From NCBI RefSeq assembly GCF_009914755.1, contig NC_060938.1: a stretch of DNA of 64,000 nucleotides. One strand, given 5' to 3'. Positions 1-17,860 of this stretch are shown piece by piece (positions within the stretch are counted from its first letter, which is position 1; each line of letters starts with the position of its first letter). The position numbers were made by a program, and so were the translations under genes. The DNA is from the human T2T-CHM13v2.0 reference genome, Homo sapiens. The notes under the pieces are model-generated. The model was given only the letters and a program-made list of their open reading frames with translations. It was not told the origin of the DNA and searched no databases.

Positions 1-249
1 GAAATTAAGTTAGTAACTTCCTTCTCCTGTCTCTACCCCAGTATTTTAAGTGATATATTTTTATTTACAGTGAATACCTATAACCAGTGAGCTTATTTTA
101 CATTTCATATATTCTCCCCACATTCTTGATAATTAAACTTTACCTATAGAGTGGTTACATACTACACTCTCAGTCTTAGTTCTACCAATAAAATATATAT
201 TTAATGCTCATCATCAGCTTAAAGTACCAGTTAAAGAGTGTTAAGAATA

Positions 250-1118
250 CAGGTCTACAATTCTTTTTCAAATAGAAATCTTTGGAGCCACATACATTCA
301 AAAATTCACTTTTTTCTTTTGCTTTCAAAAAGAAATAATATGGTTATAGTAAACATACCTGACAGCAATAATTTAAGCATATCCTTAGAATGACTTTATA
401 TGGCAGATGCACCTGAATGTGTGTTCTGAGCTAGGGAATTCAGGAGTGGCCAACCCAGAGATTCCCTCCTTGTCTATAAGGACATCTGAGCCCCCAACCT
501 GTCTCTTGGAACACAAGCCCTACAGGAGACTGAGGCTCCAAGTTTTGGGTAGAATAAAGAGTGCCAGGTGGAGGTTGCTAGGTGGAAGTGCTAAGTGGAA
601 ATGCTATATAAACTGCATGCCTATGGCAGGCAGTTGTGGTTCTTCTGCCCAGCCCACTGCCACTGGACTGTATATAAGGCAGTTCTCCCGTCCAGCCCAC
701 TGCCACTGTACCCTCTCCTTTGTATGTAAGCCCCCAATAAAACCCCACATCTCTTTTGCCGGCTCTGGGTCTCTTCTTCGGCCTCTTGAACCTAACGCCA
801 TGCCCACTGGAGTGACAGAAGTTTGGCATGACATATGGTATACCAAACATTTACTGTATACTATATAACTATCTCCAGGGAGATCTGGCACAGCACCCTA
901 ATTTGTTTGTAATAATTTGTTTGTAACATCAAACAAATTAATATTCTGCAGTAAAATATACTATTTAGACTAACCTATGTTAGTTTAGGTTCAGTTTTGC
1001 TGCCAGACAAATCTAGGTCATGTCAGTGTTTGCCATCAAATTAAGTCCTCCCATAACCCCTAAAATAGTTTTCAGAACTTTTGGGATTTCAAATTATAAG
1101 TAAGAGAATGTGGACCTG
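250..1118. mobile_element. Tigger-type (TcMar) non-autonomous DNA transposon interrupted by an LTR
   Basis: TA|CAGGTCTACAATTCT ... AGAATGTGGACCTG|TA terminal inverted repeats with TA target duplication. Confidence 0.65.
345..833 (+). mobile_element. Solo LTR, LTR47-like
   Basis: TATA box and AATAAA (736) present, ends in ...GACA, flanked by TATGGT duplication (339-344 and 834-839). Confidence 0.75.
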
Positions 1119-1555
1119 TAGTTAAAAATAGTCTTTTCCCTTATCCACCCACCACCAAAAATAGTCAAGTCAGAAAACATTTCTATTCATGTTAAATGAA
1201 AATCTTTAAATTGACATTTTCTATAAAATTCCATTGCATTACTGCAAATGAAGATTAGTTAGTTGTTAGGGTTTTGTTAGGAGAATCTTATTAAGCCATG
1301 TGGTTTTTTTCTAATATAACCTATTATAATTCATAACAGCTGTCAGTCCCCTGCTGATACTTTTTTCCCCATTAAAAATGCATTTTTAAAAGAATATAAA
1401 AGTACATCACATTCCACTAATATATGCAACAATCGAATAATTTTTCAAACTAGAAAATGATGGAAATACAGAGAAATGAGTTGAGTATGGTTCTTAGAAT
1501 TTTGAGTCTAGTGAAGAGGAAAGTATCTGAATTTTTGACTTATCCTAAAATGAAA

Positions 1556-1557
<2 letters not shown>

Positions 1558-1591
<34 letters not shown>

Positions 1592-1610
1592 ACACATATA
1601 TACACACACA
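1558..1610. repeat. (CA)n microsatellite
   Basis: Directly visible next to an Alu tail. Confidence 0.95.
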
Positions 1611-1611
1611 T

Positions 1612-1918
1612 TTATTTTAATTTGAGAAAGGGTCCTGCTCTGTTGTCTAGGCTAGAGTATAGTAGTTCACTCATAGCTCATTGCAGCCTCCAACTCCTGG
1701 GCTCAAGCAATCCTCCTGCCCCAGCCTCCCAAGTAGCTAGGACTATAGGTGTGTGCCAGCGTGCCCAGCTAATGAACAACAAAATTTTTTTTTTTTTTGG
1801 TACAGACGGGTCTCACTATGTTGCCCAGGCTGGTCTTGAACTCCTAGCCTCAAGTGACCTTCCTGCCTCAGCTTTGCAAAGCACTGGGATTACAAAGCAT
1901 GAGCCACCTCACCTGGCT
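1612..1918 (-). mobile_element. Alu (J-type)
   Basis: Reverse Alu consensus. Confidence 0.9.
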
Positions 1919-3329
1919 GAAACTATATTCTTAGTGTTCTTGTAGTATTTCTAGTTATGAAATACTTCTTAAATAAAATATCTGCTATAAATGCATAGTA
2001 AGCAAGGTCTGAAATCTGTTAACTCTTAGCTGTTTAAATGATTTAAAAAACATAATCTCCAAAGAGTAACAAACCCAGAGTAGTCAGTAGGGAAGTCTTG
2101 TAGATTATCATTCTTAAACAGGGTAGGAAAACCCAAACCAGTGAAGAAATCATTAAAAGAGATACTGAATTATTAGAAAAAAATATTAAATGTGGATATG
2201 ACTATCTTATTTATGAAAACTAAATTTACACTAAATCCTAAAATTAAAAACTATTATGCACTCATATGTATATCAAAATTTAAAATTTGGCCAGGTGACA
2301 GTTTTATACAAAACTATTTTCATTTCATAATATAGCAAGGTTGCAAAAATATGGCCACACACAAAATTTTACTTTACCTTAAAAAAATTCCTACATAGAA
2401 CTGTGTTGTATAGATATGTAATAATTTACTTAACCAAATCCATATTGAGGGTCACATCCAATTTTTCAATATTATAAATAGCACTGCAAGTCTTTTACAC
2501 ATATCTTTGCCCACTCTGCCCAGTCTAAATTATGTCATTAGAATAAATTTCAAGAAGATTCTTGGGTTAAAGGATATACATGTTTCTAATTTGAAGACAT
2601 ATTGTCAGAAGAGTTGCAATTTACACTCCTATCAGCTCTGCATGAGAATGTCCAAAATGCTGGACATTATTCATCTTTGCAATCTGATGGAGGAAAAATT
2701 ATGCCATTGCTATTTTAATCTCTTAAAAATTAATAAACTGATATTCATTAGTCCCCATGTTGCTTTATATTCTTTGCCCATTTTTCTATTTGGCTGTTCT
2801 CTTTACAAATTTGCAACATTTTCTATATTAATGTTAAAATAATAAACGGAAAATATTCATACGGGCCTTTTAAAACTATGATAGCTTTTGTCACAAATGT
2901 TTAAATTTTTCATATAGACAACTCTGTCTTTTCCTTTGTAACTTCTGGGTTTCCTCCTTCTTACTGCAAACATTTTTACATCAGAAAACTAATTTATATA
3001 TAAATATTTAAGCAGTTAGGACAATATTTGAGAAAGTGCTTTCAATTTGTGTTGTAATCTCCAAATTAGAGTATGTGGGTAAATATTCTTCTATTAAGGA
3101 GGAAGTTAACATTAAATTAAGAGTTTATAACACAGTTATTATTGTTTCAAGTCATTTGGTATACTAACATTTAACATTTTATTAAGTCCTAAGTATTAAG
3201 CTAACTCAATTACCTGCTGTTGCTAGGAAGCGAGATGGATAAATTTTCCAAATAACTGGAGGATGCTTTTGTTAGCCATTGAGGTGTACAATGTTAGGCT
3301 TGACTTTTTACTGAATTTCTTGAGAACGT

Positions 3330-4424
<1,095 letters not shown>

Positions 4425-4464
4425 ATAACATGTATTTTTAATTATTGTTCCCTTTTTCCACTCC

Positions 4465-4592
4465 CCACTATAAGGTAAACTATATAAGGTCAGGGTTTTT
4501 CTTTTATTCACTGTTGTATCTCCAGTGCCTAGAACTGTGTCTGGCAAATATAGTAGGTGCTTAACAAATTTTGCTGAATCTATGAATGAAAT
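4465..4592 (+). mobile_element. L2 3' end
   Basis: ...cagtgcctagaactgtgtctggca...tagtaggtgcttaacaaat...gaatgaa. Confidence 0.7.
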
Positions 4593-4889
4593 AGTAAAAA
4601 CGTTTGCTTGCTCTGACACAGTAATTGAGCAGAGATGGAGGGACAGTTCATATTCAAGATGGTAAAGTGATCATAATATTGCTGTGGCAAACTGAGAAAA
4701 TGCCCATGTAACATAGACAATTGTAATTTGATCCTTAGTACTAGATTAAATCTGGGCAGAGTAAGCAAAGTGGGTCAGGGAAAAAAAACGTGAGATGAGG
4801 CAGGACATGTAGGCAGTCACCAAGTCATGCACATTCCTGTGAAAAGGCTAAGAGTCCTGTAGTTAAGAAATCTGTTTAACTTTGTTTAA

Positions 4890-5386
<497 letters not shown>

Positions 5387-5498
5387 ATCTTGATACATTA
5401 GGAAAGAAAACAACGGTGGAGAAAAAAAGAACATAACATAAAGTGATAATTGATTTTTTACTTATTTAAATTTTGAATTCAGAAACAGCAAAAGGTAC

Positions 5499-6022
5499 TA
5501 TGCCAAAAAGACAACATAGCAGGCCTAGGACTGCTATCTTTAGAAAGGCCTGCATGCAAAGATGGCCCTTGGCAGGTCTCTGGAAAATTGGATTTTGGGA
5601 GTGTTCCCATAATTCCCTGACTATTTAATAAGGGTGATTTACTATGCCTAAACTGTTTGTGCAAACAATATGGTTTATGCTGAATATCTGCTTTCCTTCT
5701 GGGAGCTTGGAATTTGGTACAAGCTAGACAGAGGGTGCCTATGTGATTATACCCCAATAAACACCCTGGGCAGTGAGTCTCTTATAAGCTTCCCTGGAAG
5801 ACAACATTTCACAAGGATTGTCACAAGTCAATGCATCCTACGCGGCTTCACTGGGATAAGACTCTTGAAGCTTGTGCCTGGTTTCCTCTGGACGTTGCCC
5901 CATGGGCATTTTCGCTTTGTATTTTTTTTGCTGTAGTAACTCTTAGCTGAGTCATACTATATGTTGAGTTCTGTGCTTCCTCCTCACCAAACCTGGGGGT
6001 GATCTTGCGGATTCAAAATACA
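5499..6022 (+). mobile_element. Solo LTR, MER68/MER21 group
   Basis: aacatagcaggcct..gactgctatc.ttagaaaggcctgc start and ccaataaacaccctgggca.tgagtctct motif. Confidence 0.7.
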
Positions 6023-6810
6023 GGCACAAAACGGGATATGATAAAATGTCTTTCTCTACTGTCCTCCCAAAATGACATTATATTGTTTTGGGATAAATAT
6101 TCAGCTGGTAATCAAGAATAAAGCTATTTTTAAAAATCTGCAAGGAAATTACCATAAAGATCAGAATAGCAGTAACCTTTAAAAGGAGGAAGAAAGTGGT
6201 TATGATTGGGAAGAGGCATGAGGGGGGCTTTTGGAATACTTACAGTGCTCTATTTCATGGCCAGAGTGATGTCAGCTTTAAAATAATGTTTTTTTAAGTT
6301 AAATTTATTTAATGTACTTTGTATGTGTATTACTTCACAATAAAATGTTTTGTTGGAGCTACTACAAATTTGAAAGTTTCAGCTGAACCCTTGAAATTAA
6401 ATCCATTTCCTAAAGAAAAGGATCTAGAAGAATGAATGAAAAGCTAAGTGTTGAGTCATAGGAAATGCTGATGATTTGGGGGCTGGAAAAGAAAGAGAAC
6501 TGAGTAAAGGAGAGTATAAAAACACAAATCAGACTGGGTAGTGACCAGGATAGCCTGCATGTAAGAAGTGGCACTTGAATGAGGTTTACATCAAACTGAG
6601 AAATCATCCCTTTCCTATATGCTACCAGAAAGTTTGGGATACACTTCAATTTCCATACTCACTCTGTAAGAGCAATGAATTAAAATTTCCATGTCCTCAA
6701 ACAGACTAAGTTCTTGGAGTACTGGGACTGTGTCTTATTTCAGTAACTATATAGTCCAAAGACCTTAAAGAGTGCCTGGCTCATAACGAACCCTTAATAA
6801 ATGAGGTGCA

Positions 6811-7120
6811 AGCTAGATGCGGGGGCTCACGCCTGTAAACCCAGCACTTCAGGAGGCCGAGGTGGGCAGATTGCTTGAGCCCAGGAGTTTGAGATCAGCC
6901 TGGGCAACGGGCTGTTACAAAAAAACAGAAAAATTCGCCAAGTGTGATAGTGTGTGCCTGCAGTCTCAGCTACTCCGGAGGCTGAGATGAGGGATCACTT
7001 GAGTCCAGGCATTTGAGGTTACAGTGAGCAGTGAGCCATGACTGCACCACTGCACTACAGCCTGGACAACAGAATGAGACACTGTCTCTAACAATAACAA
7101 CAACCAAAACCAAAAAACAA
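6811..7120 (+). mobile_element. Alu (J-type)
   Basis: Alu consensus with degenerate tail. Confidence 0.9.
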
Positions 7121-7214
7121 CAGACAAAATCTGCTCTGGTCCTTGCAGGATGTTAAACTATGGAGAAATATAGGCAAGGAGATTTCAATACAGAGACCAG
7201 CTTAACAATTAATA

Positions 7215-7703
7215 GATATCACAACAGCCAAGATGTGGAAACAACCTAAATATCCATTGACAGATGAATGAATAAAGAAAATGTGGTAAATACATAAATG
7301 GAATACTATTTGGCCTCAGAGAAGAAGGAAATATGGTGACAACATGGATGAACCTTGAAGACATTATGCTAAGTAAAATAAGCCAGTCACAGAAAGACAA
7401 ATACTACATAATTCCACTTATATGAGGTCTTTATCTAGGCCTGGTCATTACCCAGAATGATAAGTGAGTATCTAAAATAATCAAATTCATAGAATCGAAG
7501 AGTGAAACGGTAGTTGTCAGGGGCTGGGGGGAAATGCAGACTTATTAATCAACGGGCATACAGTTTCAGTTAAGCAAAATGAGTAAGCTCTAGAGATCTA
7601 CTGTACAACACTGTACCTATAGTCAACAATAATGTATTGTATACTTAAAAATTTGTTGAAAGGGTAGATCTCATATTGTGTTCTTACCAAAAAAAATAAA
7701 AAT
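7215..7703 (+). mobile_element. L1MA/MB 3' end
   Basis: aatggaatactatt..., gaaccttgaagacattatgctaagt..., A-rich end. Confidence 0.8.
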
Positions 7704-8107
7704 GAATAGGACAACACATATGAGAGACAACATTAAGCACTAGGAAATGAGGCAAGAAAGGAAGACTTGAGAGTTGAATAACAGAGAACAAGAAAGAAAG
7801 GGGCAAAGATGATGCCATTGTCCAACTAGGTAGAACTGATAAAGAAAATAAAAATGGAACGGCCAGAGAGATAGAGGAAAACTAGAAAAATGTGGTCTCA
7901 ATAGAATTCAAAAGAGGAAACTGAACTGCAAGTGAAAACTTGGAGAGAACAGATGTTTTACAATTCTTTTTTAGAAGTATGGCTGCAAAAAGGTTCAGAG
8001 AAATGAGGCAGTAGCAGAGAGGCAGGAAGTCTGAAAAGGTAAGTGTGAGAGGGAGGGGAAGATATTAAAACAAATGAGTAAGTGGACAGAATGATGTAGG
8101 AAAGCTG

Positions 8108-8346
8108 CAATTTTCAACTGGGGTGATTGTTCTCCCCTTCCACCCTCCCTAACCCCCACACTTGACAATGTCTGGAGACATTTCAAATTGCCACAACCGG
8201 ACAGGGGAAAGGGGAAGGATACTATTTGCCTCTAACAGGTAGAAGCCAAGGATGCTGCTAAACATTTCACAAGGCACAGGACAGTCCTCCACAACAAAGA
8301 ATTACCTGGCCCCAAATGTCAAGAGTGCCAAGGTTGAGAAGCCCTG
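8108..8346. mobile_element. MER20 (hAT-Charlie)
   Basis: caatgtctggagacattt...gccaaggatgctgctaaacat...gccaaggttgagaagccctg. Confidence 0.85.
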
Positions 8347-9193
8347 TAATAGAGTGTAAGGAATACAGAAAAGAAAGATTAATCAAAGAAGTCAGGCTTT
8401 GGCAAGAACATTCAGAGAGGAGGAAGACTTTTTTGGTTCTCTGTCTACTGACCTGATTGAGAATTACAGCAGAATTACAGCTAGAAGTAGCTTTCAGATT
8501 TTTCATTTGAAAAGTCTACTGAAGTATAATGACATTCCAACTTCTCCAACAAACACATGAACACAATGTGCATGCCTTACATCATTATCCACCATGTGAC
8601 TACTGGACACAGATAAACCACTTTTTTTTTTTTGAGGTAACAGTCAAGGTTTAAAATATGGGATACTTTAAAAAACCTCTACACACAGAGAAATTACACC
8701 TCTGTAATTTGTTAAAAGGTTAAACAGTATAAATGATCAGAGTCCATCTACTAGTATAATTTTATTTTATACAATTTCCTACATACCCTTTAGAAACTAA
8801 TTACAAATGATCTATATTTTAACAGTTCACAGAGGGATAATATGAGAAAGAGGCCTACAAAGCACTAGTTTTTACAGTTGCAAAGTGATACTGTTACGCA
8901 GTATAGGGCAAAAAGGAATTAAGAGAGGTTATAAAAAATGAGCTTGTAACCATGATTAACTTGATCATAAAAATTTCACTTTGTATAATAAGTAGGCATG
9001 AAAACATTACTGCATTTACTGACACACTACATGAAAGGTACTGAGAAGAATTTAATCAAAACACTCTCTCCCTCAAATAAGAATTTTCATTCATTTAAAT
9101 ATTTTCTGAGCACCTAGTATGTGCTAAGCACATGGGGATATAACAATGAACAAGACAGGCATAATTTTTCCTCCAAAGGTGCTTCTTTTAAGG

Positions 9194-9680
<487 letters not shown>

Positions 9681-9994
9681 TTATCTTAAACGATTCTTGA
9701 GAAAGTGACATTTGGGATGATATCCAAGACTGACAATAGAAAGTGTGAGCTTTCCTCTTTTCTTGGTGAAAATAATAGAAGGAGCGAGAAGAATGCCAAA
9801 ATAATGCTCCAAACAGCAGTGGGAACTAACTATGAGAAGGCCCACGGAGAGAACAAAACTGGATTCCTGAAGGAAATACAAGTATTTCTATATAGAGTGC
9901 AGCAGGCAGTGGCAAGATATGAGCCATAGGATCCAAAAAGGAATTTGGACTTAAAAGAGTTGTTTGTTGTTTTTTAAAAAAATATGCTATTGCT

Positions 9995-10297
9995 TATTTT
10001 TATTTTAGAGACAGGGTCTCATTCTGTCAACCAGGCTTGGAGTGCAGTGGGGTGATCGCTACTCACCATAACCTCAAATTTCTGGGCTCAAGCGATCCTT
10101 CCACCTCAGCCTCTCGAATAGCTAAGAACTACAGGTACATACCACTATACCTGGCTAATTTTTAAACTTTTTTTTTTGTAGAGGTGTGATCTCGCTATGT
10201 TGCCCAGACTGGTCTTCAATTCCAGGACTCAAGTGGTCCTTTTGCCTTGGCCTCCTAAAGTGTTGGGATTACAGGGGTGAGCCACTAAAACCCAGCC
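9995..10297 (-). mobile_element. Alu (J-type)
   Basis: Reverse Alu consensus. Confidence 0.9.
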
Positions 10298-10708
10298 TGC
10301 TTATTTATTTAAAAACATACACTATATGCTTAAACATATACTATTACTATTGCTTGATTTAAATGATTTTTTTAAATTCAATAATTATAAGCCCACAATA
10401 AAGAACACATAAAAAATACAGAAGAGAGATCTTGGCTTAAATAATTAAAAGTTGAAATTCAAAGAGCATTTACTTAATTTTCAAAGTGGATAGAGAAATA
10501 TAAAATGAGTAATTTTACAGATGTGGAACTAAAGCACAGAAAAGTTAACTGGGCTTTAGTAAAGTAAAAAGCTAACAACCAGACATCAAAACAAGAAGGT
10601 TTTTCTTCATAGGCAAATACATCCTTTCAGAATCATCCAATACACAGTATCATATATTTTTAAAGGTATACTCTATTCCTCTTGTCTTCATTTTAAAAAT
10701 AACTACAA

Positions 10709-11129
10709 GGCTGGGTGATGTGGCTCATGCCTATAATTCCAGTGCTTTGGGAAGCCAAGATGGGATGAATTGCTTGAGGCCAGGAGTTCAAGACCAGCCT
10801 GGGCAACAACACAGCAGGACCCCATCTCTACAAAAAAAAATGTTTACAAATTAGCTGAGCATGATGGCGTGTGCCTGCTGCCCTAGCTACTCAGGTGGCT
10901 GAGGCAGGACAATCTCTTGAGCCTATGAGTTTGAGGCTGCGGTGAGCTATGATAGGGCCACTGCACTCCAGCCTGGGCACAGAATGAGTATCCTGTCTCT
11001 TAAAAAAAACAAACACTGCAAAGCTGGGTGTGGCAATCTCAATTACTCAGAAGGCTTGAGGATCGCTTGAGCCCAGGAGTTTGGAACCAGCCTGGGGAAC
11101 ATAGCAAGAACGCGAATAGAAAAAAAAAA
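10709..11129 (+). mobile_element. AluJ (10709-11010) plus Alu monomer fragment
   Basis: Alu consensus. Confidence 0.85.
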
Positions 11130-12033
11130 TTTTTTTAACCCTACAAATTACTATGTTAATGTTTAATTTATTTGACCAAAGCCAATAAATGATGAAATAT
11201 ATAGAGTTAGTAAATTGTAACTCTTCTTCCCCATCCTTCCTCCCTTATCAGACATTATTGTTGAAGCATGTGACAGAACTATGACTCTGCAATTGAGGCT
11301 ATGAGACTTCTGTCATAGCTATCACTAACATTCACTACAAACTCATCCAGTCCTGTCACAAAGCTTTCTGCTTACAAGAAAATTCTCATGTCTGGTCTTA
11401 AGCAAGCAAAAAATATTTTAGGCAAGTCTGAAGACAAGAATAGGTCTCATGAAGCATATTATAGAATTTTTCTCTAAAGAATAATTCACAATTGAATCCC
11501 AGATGAAACAGAGCTAAATGTAATATTGCTCCTTCCGTAAAGGACTACAGCCAGGAGACTGACATAGTTTTTATCTAAATGAAAATGTCTAGGTAATAAT
11601 GAGGGGCAAGCAAAAAACAATGTCTGATCTCACTGGTTTTTCCATTTTTACTTTAAAGACAACACCACACGTCATGTTTATTTAAAAAATGGCTTACAAT
11701 TAGCAGAACAGAAACTCTTTAAAAAACTGCTTTCAAAGCACTCTTTCATGTTACTATTTCATCTTAACTCACTTACTGAATACCTATTACTTGTTGTGTG
11801 ACACTATTAGACACTGTGCGACATCCCGTACACTTTGGTTCAAACCATACAGTCATGTAGAGGAGTCAGGCATACAAGCAATTATAATACAGGGCAATAA
11901 AGAATAGAAGTGTAAAGTTCTAAAAGAACATATGACTATTGTGCAAAGTTCCAAAAGAATGTATGACTGTTGGTAAAGGTATCATAACTTGATCTTGAAA
12001 AATAAAGAGGACTGTATCAATCAAGAGATTTTG

Positions 12034-12327
12034 GGCCAGGTGCAGTGGTTCACACCTGTAATCCCAACACTTTGGGAGACTGAGGTGGGAGGATCACTTG
12101 AGACCAGGAGTTCAAGACGCCTGGGCAATACAGGGAGACCCTGCCTCTACAAATAATTTTTTTAAAGTAGCCAGGTGTGGTGGCTACTTCTCAGAAGCCT
12201 GAAGCAGGAGGACTGCTGAACCCAAGAGGTCAAGGTTGGAGTGAGCTGTGATTGTATCACTGCACTCCAGCCTGGGTGACAGAGCGAGACCCTGTCTCAA
12301 AAAAAAAATAAAAATAAAAAAAAAAAA
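12034..12327 (+). mobile_element. Alu (J-type)
   Basis: Alu consensus with A tail. Confidence 0.9.
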
Positions 12328-12976
12328 GAGATTTTTGATGGCAAATAACTCCAAAGAACTGTCTGAAACATTAAGAAAATTATCTGTCATGAGAAGTCCT
12401 GTGGTGGGGATGGCTCCAGGCCCAATAAAATATGTGGTTAAATGATGTTACCAAGGATCCAGATACCCTCTACCTCTCTGATCTGCCATCTTCAGGAAGT
12501 GCTTCATCCCTTGTGATCCCAAGACAGCTGTCGGTAGCAATAGGGGCCTTGTGTTCCCTTGTTCACATACAAGAGAGGAAAGAATCTTCTCCCCCAGAAA
12601 TAGAATGTCTACTTCCCTTCAAATCTGATCGGTACAAATAAGAGTTTACAGGGAAATGCCATGATTTGACTGGTTTGAACTAATGGAACTCTACTACTGG
12701 AGGTGGTGACAAATCAGCTTCTCCAAGTCTGCTGCATGCATGAACAAAAGCAGATTTCTGTTAGGAAAGAAGAGAAAAGTAGACATTAGATGGGCAGCTA
12801 ACAGAATAGGCAAAGAATAAGAACTCCAAACAATGGGATAAACACACACAAGACAGAGGCACAGGGAACAAGAAACAGCATGGCTGGAGTGACAGGAGAC
12901 CTAAGGTTGAACACATTCTATAAACTCTTGTGAGTCTGGACTTTATCGACAAGGGAAGTTAACAAAGGTATTTTAA

Positions 12977-13333
<357 letters not shown>

Positions 13334-13914
13334 TAATTGTCATAGTAATATAGAGAATAGCCAGAGATGGAGAGGTACAGTGGGAGAACAAGTTGCACAG
13401 ACTTAGCTGGCAGGCTGTTTAATACGTAGTCCAGACTAATAAGGGAGTGGCAATAGAGAGGGGAACAATGGAGTAAAAAAATACATACAAGGTAGAAAAG
13501 CTTCAAGATTTCCATACCTATTTTAACAGATGAGAAAATTAATCTTCAGATAGGTTAAGTGACTTGCTTTAAGATCATAAAACTATAAACATCAGTCAGA
13601 ATCTAAATGGAGGTTTGATTCCCAGTCTGGTGTTCTATTATATCACAACTATATCTAAAAACCCCAACGATGCTCTAAAAGGGAACTATTTTGAATCCTG
13701 TAACTTAAAGAATGTTCTGTGTATTGGATTAAAGTGTTTCCTGGCTATTCCAAGTGTCCCCATCTATTTCAATCTTAACATAATGCTCACATGTCACACA
13801 ATGACATGGATTTAATGTCAATTTATAATACTAAGTATATTATGTTTCTAAAGTTACTATATTATTTGAAATAGTAAGGGTATCTGAAAGATTCAATTTG
13901 TGATGTCAAATTTA

Positions 13915-15060
<1,146 letters not shown>

Positions 15061-15484
15061 TTAAAAAGTGGTAAAATAAAAATAAACATTATTTCCATTA
15101 AAAAATTATATAATAATATGTTTTTTACTTTACTGGGTTAAACCTTACTCTTCTGCTTCTTGATTCAATTAGCAACTTCACTGAATGCCCCTGTGCCAGG
15201 CACAGTGCTAGATACTAGAAATACAAATGTGAGCCAGTTGTACTATAGTTATTCAGACATACATCTGCATAATTATTTGAGTAATGTCAGTCTTCCCCAC
15301 TAAATAACTATAGTATTATTTTTATCAATCAAAACAGGTCTGTAAATGTACAAAGATGATGCCTAAAACATCAACTTCATGATAATATATTATTCTGTCA
15401 ATGATTCCAGGATTCTCTCACTCACCAGGCTAGAAATTCTTTCTTTTCAGCACCCACAAATGATTTTTCTTAAAATACACCTGT

Positions 15485-17860
15485 TAAAACACTCAACAAA
15501 CCAGGAATATAAGGAAACTACCTGAACATAATCAAGGTCTTATATAAAAAACTCATGTTAGTATCATATTCAACAGGGAAAGACTCAAAACGTTTCCTCT
15601 AAGATCAGGAACAAGCCAAGGATGCCTGCTTTTACCACCTCTAGTCGACACAGTACCGGAAGTCCTAGCTGAGATTAGGCAAGGAAAAAAATAAAAGGCA
15701 TCCAAATTCGAAAGCAAGAAGTAAATTAACTGTTTGCAAATGACACGATCCTATATGTAGAAAACTCCACAAAAAAGATTCCACACACAAAAAAACTATT
15801 AGAACTAATAAATCAGTAAAGTTGTAGGATACAAAATTAACACACAAAAATGAGTTGCATTCTTAAACATTAACAATGAACAATCCAAAAGAGAAATTAA
15901 GACAAGAATCCTATCTACAATCACATCAAAAAGAATAAAATACTTAGGAATAAACTTAGACAAGGAGACAAAAGACTTTTACACTGAAAACTAAAAAACA
16001 CTGCTGAAATAAAGACACAAATAAATGGAAAGATATTCCATGTTCATGGACTGGAAGACAGTATTTAGATGTCAACATTACCCAAAGCAACCTAGAGATT
16101 CAATACAATTCCTAACAAAATACTAATAGCCTATTTTTTGCAGAAATAGAAAAACCCATCCTAAAATTCATATGGCATCTCAAGGAATCCCAAACTACCA
16201 AAACAATCTTGAAAAGAACAAAGTGGAGTCTCACACTTCTTGATTTCAAAAGTTACTATAAAACTACAGTAATTAAAATAGAGTGGTATTGGCATAAAAA
16301 CAAACTTATGGACCAATGGAATAGAATACACAGCCCAGAAATAAACCCTCAAACTTGTGGTCGAATAATTTTCAACAAAGGTGCCAAGACCATTTAATGG
16401 GAAATGGACAGTTTTCTCAACAAATGGTAATGCAAAAACCACGTATATGGTAATAGATATCCACACATAAAGACCTAAATTAAGAGCCAGAACTATAAAA
16501 TTCTTTAAAAAAAAAGGCTGGGCACAGTGGCTCACACCTGTAATCCCAGTACCTTGGGTTGAGGCGGGAGGACCACTTGAGTCCAAAAGTTCGAGACCAG
16601 CCTGGGCAACATAGTGAGACCCCATCTCCTCAGAAAATTTTAAAAACTTAGCCAGGCGTGGATGTACGCACCTGTAGTCCCAGCTGTTCGGGAGGCTGAG
16701 ATGTGAGGGCTGTTTGAGACCAGAGTTCAAGGCTACTATGAGCCATAATCACACTAGTGTACTCCAGCCTTGGTGACAGACCCAGAACCTATCTATCTTT
16801 AAAAAAGAAAGAAAACATAGGGGAAAAGCTTCCTGACATTGGATTTAATAATGATTTCTTGGCTATGACACCAAAAGCATAAGCAACAAAAGAAAATCTA
16901 GGTAAGCTGGATTTCATCAAAATTAAAAACTGTGTGTACATCAAAGGACGCTATCAACAGGGTGAAAAGGCAGCCTACAGAATGGGAGAAAACATTTGCA
17001 AATCATGTCTGATAAGGGATTGATATTCAGCATACATAAGTAACTTCCACACTCAACAACAAAAAAACAAACCTAATTAGAAAACAGGGAAATAATGTGA
17101 ATATTTTTCTAAAAAAATACAAAAGATCAATAAGCACATGAAAAGATGCTTAACATCACCAATCATTTTTAAAAAATGCAAACCAAAAACACAATGAAAT
17201 ATCACTTCATACTCATCAGGATGAATATTAGGAAAAAAAAAACCAAACAGCAAATAACAAGTATTGGTGAAGATGTAGAGAAACTGGAACCCTTGTGCAC
17301 TGCTGGTGGGGTTGTAAAATTTTCTGGATATAAAATTCATAAAATAAATGAAAGCAGAGACTCAGATATTTTAACATCCATGTTCACAGCAGCTTTATTC
17401 ACAACAGTCAAAATGTGGATGCAACTTAAGTGCCCATTGAGGGGAACTTAACAAAATATAAAAATAACATACAACGGAATATTATTCAGCCTTAAAAAGA
17501 AAGCAAATTGTGACACATGCTACAATATGGATGGACCTTGATGACATTATACTAAGTGAAATAAGCCAGATATAGAAGGACAAATACTGTATAATTTCAC
17601 TTATACGTGGTACTTACAGTAGTCAAAATAAAAGAGACAGTAGAACTGTGGGTGCCAGGGGCTGGGGGTAAGGGAAAATGGACAGTTTCGGTTTAGAAAT
17701 ATGTAGTCATTAGCCTAAGAAAACTCCAAATGAAAGAATTCTACAGATGGATGGTGGTGATGGCATGGCTACACAACAATGTAAATGTACTTATGCCACA
17801 GAACTATACACTTAAAAATGGTTAAGATGGTAAATTGTATGTGGATTTTACCACAATTAA
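15485..17860 (+). mobile_element. L1MA/MB, 3' part of ORF2 plus 3'UTR, interrupted by AluJ (16516-16815)
   Basis: Decayed ORF2 peptide (LLDFKSYYKTTVIKIEWYWHKN..DQWNRI..PEINP) and typical 3'UTR. Confidence 0.9.
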
